DNA from: Takakia lepidozioides
Taxonomy: Eukaryota > Plantae > Bryophyta
Length of the DNA stretch: 64,000 bases
Direction of reading: 5' to 3'
Assembly: GCA_030704615.1 (NCBI GenBank)
Contig: CM060732.1
Coordinates: 55,800,001-55,864,000, forward strand
Shown here: positions 23,094 through 36,705 of the stretch, piece after piece
Numbering within the stretch: position 1 is the stretch's first letter
Layout of the letters: every line of letters starts with the position of its first letter
Notes under the pieces: model-generated
Told to the model about the DNA's origin: nothing
Database searches by the model: none
The model's input: only the letters and a program-made list of their open reading frames with translations
Position numbers and translations under genes: made by a program

Positions 23094-26045
23094 TTGAGCT
23101 CCCTCCTACAGGGTTTCGGTAGCGTACAGTGTCTTGGCCCCACGTTCCTACTGTGTCGTATAAACTCCCTCTCTAAGCACCACAAATCTGCCTACTGGTG
23201 TAGAAATGCAAGGGATTCTTTTGTGATTCATAACAGCTTGGGCCTTCTAGCGCTCAATAACTGCATACGGAACTGCCGCCGCACCCCATTGCAGACATAC
23301 AGGAGCTTGGATTATTTGACCATTCAGCTGCACCCACTTCTGCCCCCGAGTTCCCCCCAGCAAGATGTGCGATCCCACATCAAGGCTGCTACCCGCCCAC
23401 AGGCTCACCCCGAGCATCATGTGGCTTCTCTTACTGTTGATGGGACTCATTATGTGGACAGTCCAGGGTTTGCAAAGCAGAAAACGTATAACCCAGAGTT
23501 GGGCCTGGTCTCCATGATCATCACTCCTATCTCCCAAGCTACAGCACAACAGAGGACAGGTTGTGCAAGTCGAACAGGGCCTAGCAAATGCTCCCGTCTT
23601 TACACAGAAAGTGCATACGAACATGAGATGCTGCCGACAATGGTGTCAGGAATTCAAAGAACTAAGTTGGGTTTCACCACACTGTCAATGAAAGGTTACA
23701 TTCCAATCTATTCTCCCCCATCGCTGCTGGAGCAACACCAAGGGACCGCAGATGTAAGGGCAGGAGCTTGCTGGTGGTTCAATCTCCTCTCGACCCGCAT
23801 AGGCACGCACCAACACCAGCCCTCTAGCATCTCTCTCACCGATGCGCTAAGTGGTGTCTTCGCACCCCAGTTGGTTCGCCTCTCTGCTCTCCACACAATG
23901 ACCTTGGTCCAGGCCAATGTACAAGATAAGTACCTAAATCTTCACTCCCCCACATCTATGCTCTTCAAATCATATTGCCTTCAAATCACTAGCCGACATA
24001 CCAAGCCTCCACCTCAAGCTGAATTCTCTGATAAAATTGTTGGACTTGCTACCTCCCTGCCCAACCATATGTCATTCTCTCTTGTCTCTCCAGATTATCT
24101 CCTGGAAACTACTCCGATGAAATCCATACTATGCAATATGCCCATTACAATCATTGCATTGAAAACCTTTGTTAATGTGAAACTTCCATCATGGATGTTG
24201 TCTTTTGAAGTTACTGTCATGACTGCTACTTACATGAATTCTCCACCACATGCTACACAAACTACAGACAAAACTGTGTCAAACACCGTGCTCTTTGCAA
24301 TGAAGTTCTTAAAAACTAGTTCCGTGACGCACCCGTCATATATTATGCTCTTGCAGATAAAGTCTTGCATGCAGCTACTTTTGTGGAAACCCTACCACGC
24401 ACTGTGTTTTTTGTCAATAAACTCCTGAAAACTATCTTTATGACACCCCTGTCAAACACGATGCTCCGGACCATCCCATACAGCCAGCCTTATTTTCGCC
24501 ACTGTGACTGTTGTGCTTCAAGTCATATATCTACTGCAACTACTCCAGATCCTCTCTCTTATTACATGCTCTTTGCAGATTGGCTTGCCCGCACAAATAA
24601 TACTGATAATCCTGATTGGGTGGAAGCATATAGCAGAAGTGCTAAGTTGGACTTCAGACCCGTTGTCTCCGAGTCTGTGCGGGGGGCATTTTGGCCAACA
24701 AACACTAGCAAGCGTGCAACACTTCAGACATCAACCCAGCATGACAAACCACAAAAGGAAGTCACTTTCCATGAGGTTTGTGCTGCCTACTTTGCTTTTC
24801 ACTTCAGATATCAGTTTTGGATATTGTATCATGGGTATGCTCCTAATAGTGTGATCTCCTACATCTCTCCACATCTATATAATTCAAGGGCTTTTGCCAC
24901 ATGTACGGAAACATGTGAAGGACAGGTACGGAAACCACTAGCTCCACGGGATTCTCAAGGCTACAACTTCACTGCAAGAATGCATGCCCACGTCACCAAT
25001 ACAACCCAGTGCTATAAATCAAGATCAAAATCACTGGCTCACAACCGGTTGACACAGCTGCCCGATTTTAAAGTCAGGTGCGTAATTAAATTCGGGTACT
25101 CTCAATGCCAAGCCCGCAAACACCTCTTGCCAAAGCATGTTGCCAACCTACGTGCCAGCCCTTATGTTCAAAAAGTATGGGGCTGCTGTTTTGCAACAGG
25201 GATGAGATGTACATACAGTACGGTCTCGACATCATGGGTTCAGTGCTACATTGCTCGGGCACTCTTGGATGCAGATCATGTCAAAGCACCCCCTGGTCCA
25301 TTGCTGGGTTATGCTTCAAGATCATGTGTTACTAAGTTGAGCGCTAAATCTATGGCCTTACCATCCCATGCCTCAGTTTGATACTGGTGCTACCCCATTA
25401 CTTCCCGATCTGGTGTTTAGTGATGAATGGGATGCTCCAACAATCTCAGATGCAAAGATATGGAATCATTGTGCTCAAAAATTCTTTGCCTCAAAGCTAT
25501 GTGTCAACTGGTATGTTGATAACCGTCAACGTGCTCCTGAAATATATGATAACCACAATAAGCAGGCAATGTGGTATGGAGATATGAACATACTGCAAGC
25601 TAAGAGACATGGATCTCAGATTAGGAGAGGCTGGTTGCTCCCCTACTGGTATGCCAAGTCTCATATTAACTCATGGGTGCGGGCAATGTGGGCAATGTGG
25701 TCTGTAGATGTGTACATACTGCAAGCTAAGAGACATGGATCTCAAATTAGGAGAGGCTGGCTGCTCACCAACTGGTATGCCAAGTCTTATGCTAACCGTT
25801 GTGTGCGGGCAATGTGGCCTAGAAATATGAACATATTGCTAGATAAGAGACATGGATCTCAGATTAGGAGAGGTTGGCTGCTCACCAACTGGTATGCCGA
25901 GTCTCATGCTAACTCTTATATGCCAAAGATATGCCTGGGCTGCTGTCCTATTCCAGGGCTTGGAGTTTTGGAACGTTTCGCTTCTCTCTCAGCTCAGCCA
26001 TTGAGGGTGATGGGGTATGAACATAGTCAGCTAGTTTTGGAGTAG
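23094..26045 (+). other. Three overlapping intronless orphan ORFs (444, 338, 225 aa) of unknown nature
   Basis: ORF track 23094..24428, 24365..25381 and 25368..26045. I recognise no domain in them. Confidence 0.35.
25565..25920 (+). repeat. Three tandem 117-126-bp frame-preserving units
   Basis: Units start at 25581, 25707 and 25824; each encodes (N/Y)IL..KRHGSQIRRGWLL..WYA.S. Confidence 0.9.
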
Positions 26046-28100
26046 GGGATGTTTGGGTACTGTATTTGGTGTGCCACTTAGTGGCGCTCAGTGTTAGTGC
26101 ATCACATAGCTTTGGGTCAGGGAGTGCCTGGGTGGGACAGAGTTTTGTGTTAGGGAGTGTCCGAGTATTGCGACAGTGGTCAGCGCGTTTATCGCGCAGT
26201 TTTGATACCATGGTTGTTGGGGAATTATCATAGTTGCACATCCTTGGAGCAGAACAGCAGCCACGTATGTTTTGCATATAGAGGGTAGCACGGGGCATGC
26301 CATAGCGGGGGGGCATGGCCATCCAGCTTCTATTGCTCAAAGGTCCATGTCTTTTAACTATCTGCATGTACATATGTTTGGATCCCTTTAACCACTTATG
26401 ACTACATGTTTTAAGGGCATGTTGATGCTCGTTTCGTGTTGAGGCATACCAGCTAGTGCATATCTTTGGGACAAAGATGTTTATGACATAATGATAAGCC
26501 CATAACCATTCAGCAGAGGGTGTTAAATGAGCCGGAAGTTGTTGGAGAGTGTTAGGGCATAGTACTGGGCACTATTTTTTGGTATCCGAGTTGTTAGAAC
26601 ATAGCTATGCTTATGGGATACCCAAAAACTTTCTGCCTCAATGTTGTGTGCCAACTTCTCTGTCCCAACACCAAATGCAAATCAGCATGCCCATAAGAAA
26701 TATGCTCACCGTAATAAGCAGAACACATGGTCCAGTCTGGGGAATGTGCTGGAAACTAATGGACATGGAACTCCAAATAAGAGGGACGGGCTGCTAGGCC
26801 CCAAAAGCGTCAACATCTATATGCCCCCAAAGTCACCAAACAGCCTTGACACCAAACACAACACAACAACACCAAGTGGACCGCCCATCTCCCCAGGTAG
26901 CAGTAATGATAACCTCCACATCTATTACATGCCACCACATAGACACATACTATCGCCTCACCCCACTGGCCCAACAACTAGTAAAGATATCCAGACAACC
27001 CCGCACACACCCCAAATACAGTTCGCTAGACCACGTGAAATAACTAGGCCGAAGCACACAATGCAACGCTACAACTCCAACAACATGTCGTATCTAGCTG
27101 ATCTGAACACACTCAAAGCAACTGAACAACATAGTAACCCCCCAATACCCCCATCAGAACAAGGCAGCTCCACCCCACACTCAACCCACCTGTTGACAGG
27201 CCAAAGATTGACCCATCGATCCCTGCTAGTGCACAAAACCACGCCACACACAACATGATAGGCGAAACAACGTACCTACTCGCCTATCTCACCACTAGAC
27301 ATACTGATTACCCAAATCTGCCCATGCAAAACAGCACAACACCTCAAGAGGTCACCGGTATGCTCAAACTGTACAAATCAATGCAGAATACTAGGCGATC
27401 AAAAGATCAACTGTTCAATGCACCCAGGTAAGCTCGCAAAGCCACACACTGATTATCTTACCAAAACCACACAACGACCGCCGGCGAGTACTCCGCCACA
27501 ATATACACATCACATGCAAACTCCCCTGCCTCTTGCTCGGGACACTAATAATTGTAACAACTTACACCGCACCTACAATGGACACACAAACCTTGGCGCC
27601 AACGCCAACGAACTCGTATCAAAGGATCAGGAAACGTTCCGCAGTTGCAACGGCCGAGGCCCAAGATTCGCGCGACTTGGAGTAGTTCGTCACTACTCAA
27701 GAACCCTCATTACGACACTCTCAGCCAAAACCTTCTATCCCCCCTGATCCACCTTGTTACTCTGAATGATATAGTCATCCCCCTCTCCTCTCATGAGCTG
27801 ACTATAGAGCGCACCCTGTATCACCAATACCTGCCGCAACCCCTCAAAAGCATCAATACACCCACCCCGATTAGCAAATTAGCACAATCAAAGCTCACTT
27901 TAGACGTTCGGTTGCTCCCCTCATGTCTGCGATCGCCTGATCATCCTCACAACCTTAAGGTCCACTTCTTCACAACACACCAATCACTGATCAATAGTAT
28001 CACACCACCCAGAGCGTGCTGCATGCAGACTTCTCAGCCAAGCTGCCACGCCACCTCTCGCACCACGCAATCTACTTCTTTCCATAGAGGGCTAAGGGCT

Positions 28101-30088
28101 ATGTTCCCCGGAGGAAGCGAAGCACAACAGACACCAGAGCCGCAGCACTACACCAGCTCTAAGCGGGCGGCCAGTGCTATACGCAGCGCCAACGGAGCAA
28201 GTCCTCAGACCAGCTCCAAGAGATCCAGGGGCTCGTCAAACAGTCAAGGCCACTCCAAACCAAGGCTCACAACGGACATCAGGGAAATGGAAGAAGAAGT
28301 GGGGATCCACAGGTACGACTCTGCAGAAATCACCGACATCTCACACCTCTGGTTAGGCTGTCGGACGATGGAAGAACGGGCTGTAGAAGCAGGACACCAG
28401 CCTCTTGTAGAGATACGTAATCAAGAGGAGCTCATGCGACTCGGAGTCTCCCAACATGAGAGCTTGGAAATGGTCACATGTCGCAAGGCCTTCCCCAGAG
28501 TCACACAGTGGTTATATCTTGGGAAAAGAAGCGATGGTATGGAAGGACAATTCTACCATCTGACGCAGCTTCCCAAAGGTACCAAGGTTAACAAAGAAAC
28601 AGGCCTCTCTGAACTCATACCACATCCTGATCCGTTTCGACTATGGATTCGAAATGGAGCGTCTATTGGTCTTGGCCAAAACCAAGAAAAGATTCGCTGA
28701 CATGGGCATACCCCTTGGCACCAAGCTCAATTCACCAATCCAAGTTATCACACAATCCAAAACTAGACTGTGGAGCGGACTCATGAAAGTGGAACTGAAA
28801 AATCCCGGAGTGGACGGGCTTGCCCTCCTTCGTGGAGAAAGAATCTTCTCTCTAGAACTTGCCCGAGGAGAAAGAGTCGTGGGAAAAGTAGAAAAAAGCT
28901 TCGACATGGCAGCCACTGGAGACTACTTCTCTCTACACATGGCGAGTGATGCCTTAATTGGCCAGTCGGGACACATGGTGGTCACCACGTTCATAGTTGA
29001 ATCCTACGCGAGAGGAGATGAGTATGAACTCCACTACGTTGCCAAAGCCAAGCTTGAGTCGTCATTTGCCTTTTTGTATGTGCTCTCCGAGGACACCCGC
29101 ATCCGAGTTATGAAGAAGGGAGTCACCTTTCAAAACACACTGATCAAACCCGAGCTACGGCACAGAAGCGCCACAAGTCTGCCGGCATCCTCGAAAGTGA
29201 TCACTGCAGAACGCAATGCACTCAAACTGATAGTAAAGAATGTGTGCATCACACGCACGCAGGCAGAAATCTCTGAATCCTTGAAGGGCTTGATGGGGCG
29301 GAGCAACATCTCACAAATCTACTTTTGTTACACGGCCAAGGGAGAAACAGTGAAGCACGAAGGACTGGTACATCTCACCTGCTCAAATCCAGCCGTTTAT
29401 GAGAGATGGTACAAAAGCAAAAACATTCCTCAATATGAAAAGTTTATAGACTTCACGCCACACCCGAACAACATCCATGGTGACGTGCCTGTAGCTCCGG
29501 AAATTCTCAAGAGACTGGGAGCAGACAACATTAACCAAGCATTGGTAAACACAATGGATTCTCTCACTATCCATGCGGCACCAAAAGACACCGTCAGCAG
29601 AGCAGAATTTCTGGCAGCCAAGGCGGAGCTACTTGCAAATGTTGACCAACGCTTTGCAGCCCATCGCATCACCGTCAAGGGAGACATGTCTAGCCTCGAA
29701 AACCGATTTATCCAAGCTTTCTCCCGAGAAAATGCTGTCAACATGCTCAATGAGGAAATCAATTGCGGACAACTTGGCATAGAATGTGCACAGCTTCCAA
29801 ACACATGCAAACGTTTCTCTTGGCAAGCTGCCAGAATACTTGGGGGCTGTTCTCCCCTTGGATGACAACCAAATTGCCACAATCACTAACCTTGCCAAGG
29901 CATCAGGAGAATCGAACTACGAAATGGTGCCGCTCGACTACCAGCTCCCTGATGCCAGTGCCGGTGGCTCAGTAATACCACACGTGATAGGGGGGCCCAA
30001 CACTTTCTCTACAGTTGGACAGCCAGCAATGGAAGTACAAATGCACACTATGACCAATGGCCAGCTAGCACAAACACCACATGAGTAA
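28101..30088 (+). pseudogene. Frameshifted ~660-codon ORF with an RRM-like domain; candidate ORF1/gag-like protein of a retroelement
   Basis: ORFs 27645..28700, 28654..29865 and 29786..30088 join by two frameshifts (~28612, ~29780). It has a basic S/R-rich N-terminus, an RRM-like segment LKLIVKNV..TQAEISESLKGLMG..NISQIYF...EGLVHLTC.NPAVYERW, and a helical C-terminal region. It is intronless in C/A-rich flanks. Confidence 0.6.
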
Positions 30089-33000
30089 ACACCGCATAGA
30101 AAGCCGGTATGCCTATATGCTAGAAGTTTGTAGCAGACTGCATTGTAGTGAGAATTCATCTGGAAGGTACTACTACCTTGTAAGACTCATTTTGGTCATG
30201 TTTATTTTTTTTGCATTACAAAGTGTCTCGAAAGACTCACAGATGCCCAACAGCATATGGGCCAGTACCAATGCTCAATCTACAAGACATCTACAAAACA
30301 GCCTCTGCCACAACAAAGAGTACATGTCACTATATGCACATGGCACACGAAACGACTCATCAAATTATAACAGCCTGGCTGCCAAGACCATGTTCAATTC
30401 CCAAAGAGCCATATTGCACTATAGAAACCCTGACATAGCTCAGACCAAGAGCAGCTCCCAAGACTAGATCCCTGCAGGATCTCCCATTTCTTATAGTACG
30501 CATGCGCTGGTTTGCAAGACCCAGGCTGTCTCAATATTGGTCACTCGCAAGTTCACGCAGCCTTTAGCAGTTATCAAGACCCGACACAAACCACTGGGCA
30601 ATTCATGTCAATCCCGTCACGAGAATATCCCATGCTCTTCAAGGAGCCCATGCACACCCTGCCTCTACTTGGGCCCACTACCACATCATGTCAGGTCCAC
30701 CATAATAGGCCAACCCGAAACTAAAATATATAAGTCATGGCATTGGTCACTCCACAGGGACATGCAAGCACAATGGCCAGTGGCAGCTTTACTAGTTTTG
30801 AAATCCAGAGTAATAACTCCGATCACCCCAGAGCCCAGCCTGCTTCTAGTCAGCTATAAACCCATAGCTCCCGTACCAAATCTAAGCATTGGTATGCCCC
30901 CTGCGATAACCTCTGCGGCAGCTGTCAAAAGGGGAACCCTTGCTAGCCCAGGGGCAGTGGTATGTGCCAAAACACTCATATCAATTCCCATGTCACACAT
31001 GAACGAGTGTGGGCTGTTGTTACAGCAAAATACACCATCAACCCTTGCACACAAATTGCCAGAAATTACACACCACCAAAATGCCAATGACATTGGTAGA
31101 CCTCATTATATCATAGGTAGCCCAACCCCACATCGCCACAATGAGCTGCCACTGCCACCCCATGTCATCACCACCACACTAATTTGCTGCCACCCAAATC
31201 AACCATTGAGAGGAGAGGTCACACATCGGGATATCAAGTGCCACAAGCACCCACTCCGTTTGCCAATATGAACTATACCCCCTCATCCCCAACAAGGTAG
31301 AAAAGGCATGCGTCCTTGTCCAAATGCTTTTCCCAAACCAGGCAATTGGGCGGAACTTGTAAAGACATTGAAATATAAGCAGTGGTCAGAGCAACTGAGT
31401 CTGCAAACGCCAGCAGCCAAGCTCTCCGCTCTACCAAGCCCTACAAATAACAATATCAAGGATCCAAATGTAATGCTTGGCCTCAAGGCCCCTGCCCAGT
31501 CACCTTCCACTTGTGCGGTGCACTCACCCAGGGCCAATTTCTATGCCCGGAACCCAAACAAACATTACGCTATAACAATTCCAACAGCTCGTATCAATTC
31601 AACAACACAAATATCTAGAGAGCTCACACAGCTACCACTCGCAACAAAGGATAAACAAATAAGGAAATGCACGGGGCCGTGTGTTATGTTATTATTACTC
31701 AAAGAGACGCAGGGCCAAGGATCAAGCATAGCCTGGACAATTTCTACCAACCATCGGTGTCACTGTCAGAGGCATACACTAAGCAGCTGAACTTGTTCAA
31801 ACAAAAAATCTATACCATAGATCCAAAAGAAATGGCAAACCACAAGGACCTCCCCCTTATCCTATAGTTACGAGTGAATCGCCATGCTCGAAAATTCGTC
31901 GAGCCCCTTGGACATCACATAAGTGCCCAGCATAGCAAGGTGGCAGCAATCTGGGATAGGCAACTCTTGGATAAATGCTCGAACAAGTCCATCCACTTTA
32001 ACCCAGATATGCAGTTAACACCCTGTGTTGATGGACAGGTATGGATCATTCAAAGTTCTATGTGGAGTAACCAATGCTACAGATGCATATCAGATGCGCC
32101 TGCCCTTATCATTGACTTCCAAACAATTGCATGGCTTTCAAGTGCCCACCTCTCATGGAAAGAACTGCCTCCCCACGCTTACGCTCACAGGTGTCTGAAT
32201 ACAAATCATGGCAGGCCAAGCCCCTCTAGCGTATGACTCATTCTCCTCCTTAAAGATGAAGTTTGGAGGACAATCAGCCACCAGTGCTACTGTGTCCTTG
32301 GCTTCTTCGTTGCCACTTCTACTTCCAAAGCTATCTGCGCTTGCTCCAAGTGGGCAAAAGATACATGGTGTAACTTTGCTCGAGCCGTCTCCGTCAAATT
32401 TCAATGCATTCGCAAGTAGAGCAGCAAATGACTCCCCTCTAACGTATGGCTCTTTTTCCTCCTCAGGGATAAAGTTTGGAAGACAATCCAGCCACCAGTA
32501 GCACTGGGAGTTGGTTCCACACAAATAATCCAAATGAGAATTTTGATTGTAGATCATTAGGACGTGGATTGCCCAAAAATAAAGTAGGATAAGTATATTC
32601 TTTACAAAATTCAATTCTAAACAATCTAAGCGGCTGAAAATTTTCGCTTGGAGCCGTGTCACCGGTCCATCATTATAATCAATTATTTGTTCTGACTCAA
32701 GAAAATATTGAACCAAAGTATATGTCGCAACTTCTTCTTGAATTTTTTCAAAACCATGATCATTATTCCATTTATTATCTTCATTTGACATACCATCTTG
32801 TTTGTTTTCTTGGTAACTTTAGTAAAGAGAACAAATCTCTCCAATTTTTTTTCTACTGAAATGTTTGCTTTTTCATAAAGCGAAATTTTGCATAAATTTA
32901 TCAAAATTTTCATAAACACATCCAAATACATAAGCATATTTGTATTTTTTTAAAATATAAACATCAATATTTATATCTTCATGGGAGAGTCGTGACAAAA

Positions 33001-35297
33001 TACATTGCATTTTGTGGTACATTAACAACACTACCTCAATTGCCATATTGACAAATCCGCTTAGTTGATGGATTTGTGCAAATATTTGTCGTGGAGCCAC
33101 AAGCTCCTCTTCCAATTTATTCAAACACTGTACATAAGGTATTGACAAGTTGGTATTGGAAATATGGTCTCGTATATTTAAATTGGATTTATTACCAATA
33201 TCAATCAAATATCGACAGGATTTGCAGATTAATAAGGATAATGAATTTGTGTCTTCTTTAGAACAAGTAGTACGTTGAATTATACAAATGTATTTTTTTT
33301 TAAATTTTTCTTAAAGGGATGAGAGGCCCTGGAAATTTATTAAAAAGGGAAAAAATTAAACCCTTACATATTGCCATGAGGCTTAACACACGGGGACTGG
33401 GTTGCAAGATTTGCCCATAATGCAGAGAGCTAATCTGGGATTAGTTCATAGCAGTGAAAACCTCTATGAGAGAGAGGTGCCCTAGTACAAAGGGAACCGA
33501 GCGGAACGACGAATAGTAAGAGCACAAGCCAGAATGGCCAAGGAGCGCAACTCTGAAGAAGTCTATTCGAGGAAGATCAACTTAGATTTAGATCCCTTTT
33601 GAGCTTTAATTGATTTTGACACATAGTTGTTTTGACGCATTTCATTGTTTGTGGCATGAACTTTTGGTTCCTTTTGTTGCATTGTTTTTGCCACATTGGA
33701 ATTGGATTCACATGAGGCTCTTTCATATTAACAATAGCACTAGATTGCGAATCAGCCATGTGTTTTAATATCTTTTTATTATTATTTATGGAATTTTATT
33801 TTTTTATTAACTGTTCTTTCACAAATTCAGTAGATGGAATTGGAGTTTGAATAATTTCGTAGTGTTTATCAACTACAAATATGTCTTATTTGCCAGAATT
33901 TGATCAAGTTTTGATGTGTCATGACTTCTTTACGTTTTCTAGCAATTATTTTATCAAAACCTAACAATTTATTGGACGTCCTTACTTTTATATTGAAATT
34001 GGAAGTTATTGTTTGATACTATGCATTGTATTGTTTGTTTACTTTCGTAGTAGTTATATTGTCAGAAGGCTTAATTTGATTATTCTCTTTTCTCTGTAAA
34101 TGTTGGGTGTGCCTTGAAATTTGAAAAATTATCAAATTCGATTCACTGTATTTTTGTTTAAATAGATTAACAAAATTTACAAGTGTTGATTTATGGTTAT
34201 CATGCATCAAATTTAATAATGAAGAATCCAAATCTGTTTTCCAAAACAGAGCAAACATACAGGTCGATCCCACAAACAGTACACTCGTTGCGTGGCACTT
34301 CTCTCTCTCTATTCTCTCATCCCTCCGCCCACCCGCTCTCTCATGTGCACACAACAAGATACTAGTATTTTAGAAACCGCTTATTCTGGTTCGTGAACCT
34401 TAAGAAAACACAGATGGTGGCACAAAGACAAACAAACGCTAAGTCCCTAAGCCTGCGGAGCTCTCGAACCACGCCGACCCCAAAAAAACACCAAGTCCCA
34501 GCCAGGTTGCACACTGTAACCTAGCAACCCTAAACTCGAGCCAAGTGCACTATCATCCGTTCATACGTTCATACAATAGTTGCCAGCAAGGCGTTTTCTT
34601 TATCGTTTGTTCATATGTTCATCCAGTGCACAAAAATTATATTTCATACGTTCATCCAATAGCTGCCAGCAAGACGTTTGTTTATCACTCGTTCAGGTAA
34701 TCAAGTTGTTTTGTTTCACTAACCTTTCATACGTTCATCCAATAGCTACCAGCAAGGCGTTTATTTATCATTTGTTCATATAATTCAGTTGTTTTGTTTC
34801 ACTAACCTTAACCAGCACACGATTAGTTTAATATTAATGTGTTGGGTCAGTGAAAAAATAATAATTATTTTTACTTCTTATTATCCACATATATATTGCT
34901 ATATAATTTATATATTGTGATTACACGTGCCATTGCTTAACTGGTTGTCTTAGTCAGCTCATTTTAGGTAGTCAAAGTCTCTCACTACAGTCAAAATTTT
35001 CGCGGTTGTCTAGCACCTCAAATATTTTAATATAAATTTTGACTGCAAAATGGTTGGAACAGTAAAAAGTGACAACAGTCAACTTCAGCGTCAAACTAAA
35101 TCGTCGAAATTACATAGGGTGTGTTGTAGTGAACCAACAATAAAAGCAGGGCTCGTTTGAATGTTTGTCTTTCCTTTGCTTGATGAGGCGCCAAACTCAC
35201 ATCTTTTTTTCTGTTGCGTAGGGGGTTGTGGGGGAGAAGCGTCCAAAACGAAAGACAAGTATTTCACTTCCCCGGCGAAAAGATCTGCCAAAGTGCA

Positions 35298-36692
35298 TGT
35301 AACAGGGTAAAATCTAAAAGGTTCTAGATGGAGGAGGAAAGTTCCATAGAAATTTCCAAAATAACTAGGAAGGTTCCTAGGAAGTTTGACTTAAGGAAGT
35401 TTGACTTGAGGCTCTCAAGTCAAACCTATAAGATCAAGTCTCAATTTTGACACCTCCCATCACCTTCCTCCTCGGCAATGCTTCTCATGCCACGAGCATT
35501 GATGGGCTGTAGTCTGATTAGATTGAAAGGTGGAGCATGGCTGAGGTTCTCACAAAGCTCTTCATTATCGTCGTAACAAAAAAAGTAATAACATGAAAGT
35601 TCACGAATTCTCAATAGCGTGCAATCGGTATGGCTCACCGAGCAAATGAAATGTATCTTTCGGGAGCCACTAACTGTTTTACAGTCCCATTTTTTGGTCC
35701 TGTCAATGTCACCTGGATCAATCTCCCAAAAGCACCGTGCAACCTCTTTCCTGGCTGATAGGTAAGCATCATGCGCACGCCCCAATGACTCCCTTAAGAA
35801 CTTGACAGCATCAGAGGCATTTTGTATTTTCACCCCATCTAGATGCAATTGCTCTTTGCGAAGTTCTCTTTTCAGCACAGCCCCTGCCCTATCATGTTCA
35901 CCCTTGCTATGGCCTGATCCAAAAAAATTCCAAGCGATCGAGCAACTCCGTCGAAGATCAGGAGAAGCGGTCAAGCTTGGGTACCTTGCAACATGATCTA
36001 GCTCCTTTGAATTGAACCGCACATCCATTAGACCATACAATATGATGTGTAGGTGTAAAACCAGATTCACTCAGATATTGCTAGTGAACTTGAAGGCAGT
36101 ATTGCACAAAGAGAGTGTTGTGCTTCCGATCATGAGATAAGTAATAGTGATACTCTTTCAAAATCCGAGTTTGTTCAGGCTCTCATTTGAAATCTGGATT
36201 TAATTTGTACGTAATATGGACAAGAATTATGCATTGGAATGAGTATCAATGCATTTCTTGTATCTCATTCTGCTCTTGGAATGAGTAGTTCTCAGCAAAG
36301 TCTATGACCAAGAAGATGATATCTTCCTGTAGCTCTGCCAATGAGGTTTTGAATTGTTTGTCCTGCCATCTTGCGATAAAGTTGTGAAGTACAAACTTCA
36401 CCAACTTTGGTTTCAGGTACTTGATGAATTCAGCAACTGATGTTTCCTTGTACTGTAGTTGCGTCACAGAGTAGGTCAAATGTTTGATAAAGTCATACTG
36501 TGGAGAATATATCAAACCTAGGAAGGTTGACTTTAAGAAGTTTTGACTTGAGACTCTCAAGTCAAACCTTTAAAATAATCATATTGTGAAGGGTATATAA
36601 ACATGCAATGAAAGCCTAGAAGACATCGAGTTGTTCTGGGAAAAAGTTGAGAAGTACTTCTATTCTAGTTTGTGTAGATCATGGGTGTTACA
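35298..36692 (+). repeat. 5' LTR, split by a ~1-kb insertion
   Basis: 35298-35434 and ~36468-36692 align with the 366-bp 3' LTR. Confidence 0.9.
35435..36467 (-). pseudogene. DDE/D DNA-transposase fragment (Sola2-like) inside the 5' LTR, right-arm copy
   Basis: Mirror of 11624-12656; DFAENY, WS(D/N)GC..QFK and GHSKGEHD motifs. Confidence 0.7.
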
Positions 36693-36693
36693 A

Positions 36694-36705
36694 TGGTATC
36701 AGAGC
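36694..36705 (+). promoter_or_regulatory. Primer-binding site complementary to initiator tRNA-Met
   Basis: TGGTATCAGAGC one base after the LTR terminal CA. Confidence 0.9.

Noticed and set aside
27257-27288. Hammerhead ribozyme near gataggcgaaac...tcgcctatc
   Set aside because: It is a 9-bp hairpin containing GAAA, but no CUGANGA core is positioned appropriately.
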